64,000 nt of DNA from an uncultured candidate division Zixibacteria bacterium. GTDB lineage: Bacteria > Zixibacteria > MSB-5A5 > GN15 > FEB-12. The notes below the pieces were generated by a model. The model ran no database searches and was not told the DNA's origin. It saw only the letters and a program-made list of their open reading frames with translations. Position numbers and translations under genes: made by a program. Below, in pieces: positions 62,173 through 64,000 of this stretch. The stretch covers positions 224,001-288,000 of the forward strand of contig CAVTJJ010000004.1 in NCBI GenBank assembly GCA_963735035.1, in the 5' to 3' direction. Within the stretch, counting starts at the first letter, position 1, and every line of letters starts with the position of its first letter.

Positions 62173-63135
62173 GTGCCTCAGTCAATTTTGGTCACCGGCG
62201 GCGCCGGTTTCATCGGTTCACATCTGGTCGATCGCCTCTTGGCCGACGGCGAGCGGGTGACTGCTATTGACAATTTCAACGATTTCTATTCCCCCGCCAT
62301 CAAACGTGTCAATATTGTCGCGCACAGCCGCTCGGCTGACTACCACCTGGTCGAAGGCGATCTTCGCGACGCGGCTCTGGTCCACAAGGCTTTTGCCGAG
62401 GGTAAGTTCGATCGGGTCGTCCACCTGGCGGCGATGGCCGGCGTAAGACCGTCGATCCAGAATCCGAATCTCTACCACGAGGTCAACCTGATCGGCACAG
62501 GGAACGTGCTCGACGCCGTGCGAACTTTTCGCGTGCCGCACCTGGTCTTTGCGTCGTCTTCCTCGGTATACGGCAACAACGAGAAAGTGCCCTTCTCCGA
62601 GACCGACCCGGTCGATCACCCCATTTCGCCCTACGCCGCCACCAAGAAGGCGGGCGAGCTCATGTGCTATACCTATCACCATCTCTACGGCATCAAGACG
62701 GCGTGCCTGCGTTTCTTCACGGTGTACGGCCCCAGACAGCGCCCGGAGATGGCGATCTCCAAGTTCACGGACCTCATTTATCGTGGTGAAACGGTTGATG
62801 TCTTCGCCGAAGGCAAATCCCGACGGGACTACACTTTCATCGCTGACATTATCGACGGCATCATGGCCGCCTGCCGCGCTGATTATAAATATGAAGTCAT
62901 CAACTTAGGGCGCTCGGACACGGTCGTATTAGCTGACTTGATCGGGCATTTGGAGCAGGCAATCGGGAAGAAAGCGAAAGTTCGCGTTATGCCGTCGCAA
63001 CCGGGCGATGTAAGTCAAACCTTTGCCGATATTACTAAGGCGAGGCGACTGCTCGGATTTGATCCGAAAGTCTCGATTGGTGACGGGGTGCGGCGGTATG
63101 TCGCCTGGTATTTGAAACAACAGGAGTCTAAATGA
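62173..63135 (+). CDS. NAD-dependent epimerase (UDP-glucuronate 4-epimerase-like)
   Basis: TGGAGFIG, HLAAMAGVRPS, ASSSSVYG, YAATKK, RFFTVYGP. Confidence 0.93.
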   Translation: MPQSILVTGGAGFIGSHLVDRLLADGERVTAIDNFNDFYSPAIKRVNIVAHSRSADYHLVEGDLRDAALVHKAFAEGKFDRVVHLAAMAGVRPSIQNPNLYHEVNLIGTGNVLDAVRTFRVPHLVFASSSSVYGNNEKVPFSETDPVDHPISPYAATKKAGELMCYTYHHLYGIKTACLRFFTVYGPRQRPEMAISKFTDLIYRGETVDVFAEGKSRRDYTFIADIIDGIMAACRADYKYEVINLGRSDTVVLADLIGHLEQAIGKKAKVRVMPSQPGDVSQTFADITKARRLLGFDPKVSIGDGVRRYVAWYLKQQESK

Positions 63136-64000
63136 ATATCTGTATGGTCGGAACCGGATATGTCGGCCTCGTGGCCGGTACCTGTCTCGCCGATTTCGGC
63201 ATGAATGTCACGTGCGTTGACATAGACAAAGACAAGATCGACCGCCTCAACCGGGGCGAGGTGCCTATATACGAGATCGGCCTGTCCGAGTTGATCAGCC
63301 GCAATGTCAAATTGGAGCGCCTGCATTTCTCCACCGATCTGGCCGCGGCCGTGGATCGCTCGCTTATCGTATTTCTGGCGGTCGGTACGCCCGAAGGGGC
63401 GGATGGTCAGGCCGACCTGAAAGTGCTCCATGCGGTCGCCCGGCAGGTGGCGAGCATCATGACCGAGTATAAGATCATCACGATCAAGTCAACCGTCCCG
63501 GTGGGCACCGCGCGCGAGCTCAGGAAGATTATCAGAGAGAATCTCAAGACGCCGGTCGAATTCGATGTCGTCTCGAATCCCGAATTTCTGCGCGAAGGTG
63601 CGGCGATCAATGATTTCCTCCGCCCCGACCGCATTGTCCTTGGCAGCGATTCCGAACGAGCGCTGGCGATCATGCGCGACGTTTACCGGCCGCTCTATTT
63701 GCTAAAGAAACCGATCGTATCGACCACGAATGAAACCGCCGAACTGATCAAATACGCCGCTAACACGATGCTGGCGCTTCGCATATCCTATATCAACGAA
63801 ATCGCCAACCTGTGCGATTTGGTCGGTGCCGACATCTACGACGTTTCCGTCGCGCTCGGCATGGACAAGCGCATCGGCCCGAAATTCTTGCACCCAGGGC
63901 CCGGTTTTGGCGGCTCATGTTTCCCGAAAGATGTCAAAGCCCTGGCTCATCTGGCGCGGGAGCAGAAATATGATTTCCCGATCGTGAATGCAGTTATCGA
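63132..64000 (+). CDS. ugd: UDP-glucose 6-dehydrogenase (3' truncated by window end)
   Basis: MNICMVGTGYVGLV, AVGTP, KSTVPVGT, SNPEFLREG, AELIKY, GFGGSCFPKD. Confidence 0.95.
   Translation, partial: MNICMVGTGYVGLVAGTCLADFGMNVTCVDIDKDKIDRLNRGEVPIYEIGLSELISRNVKLERLHFSTDLAAAVDRSLIVFLAVGTPEGADGQADLKVLHAVARQVASIMTEYKIITIKSTVPVGTARELRKIIRENLKTPVEFDVVSNPEFLREGAAINDFLRPDRIVLGSDSERALAIMRDVYRPLYLLKKPIVSTTNETAELIKYAANTMLALRISYINEIANLCDLVGADIYDVSVALGMDKRIGPKFLHPGPGFGGSCFPKDVKALAHLAREQKYDFPIVNAVI

Overview
A GC-rich bacterial chromosomal segment. Cys-bracketed dockerin-like domains and FlgD/T9SS-type C-terminal domains suggest an FCB-group organism, probably Zixibacteria (inference). 1-12 kb is mostly housekeeping: a dual-REC regulator, pcrA/uvrD, a kinase-fold membrane protein, lon, engB, purA, three tandem FKBP genes and two tRNA-Lys genes. 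Directly after tRNA-Lys(CTT) lies an accessory region (12.2-17.7 kb) carrying a GIY-YIG nuclease gene, a PD-(D/E)XK-like gene and a secreted dockerin/clan CD peptidase-like protein. It is divided by two ~80-bp repeats derived from the tRNA 3' half, each with an 18-nt insertion at the same T-loop position, and no integrase is visible. This is the most unusual structure in the window. 17.8-28 kb holds mixed genes (cfa-like, Cys synthase-like, typA, beta-barrel, ABC permease, repeat lipoprotein) and a candidate structured sRNA. 28.5-64 kb is a large surface-polysaccharide region resembling PEP-CTERM/exosortase A-associated clusters, interleaved with secreted FN3-module proteins. Intergenic spaces contain several families of REP/BIME-like palindromes. 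About 12 frameshifts, mostly single extra bases in homopolymers, look like read or assembly errors. No CRISPR array, rRNA, transposase or integrase was seen.
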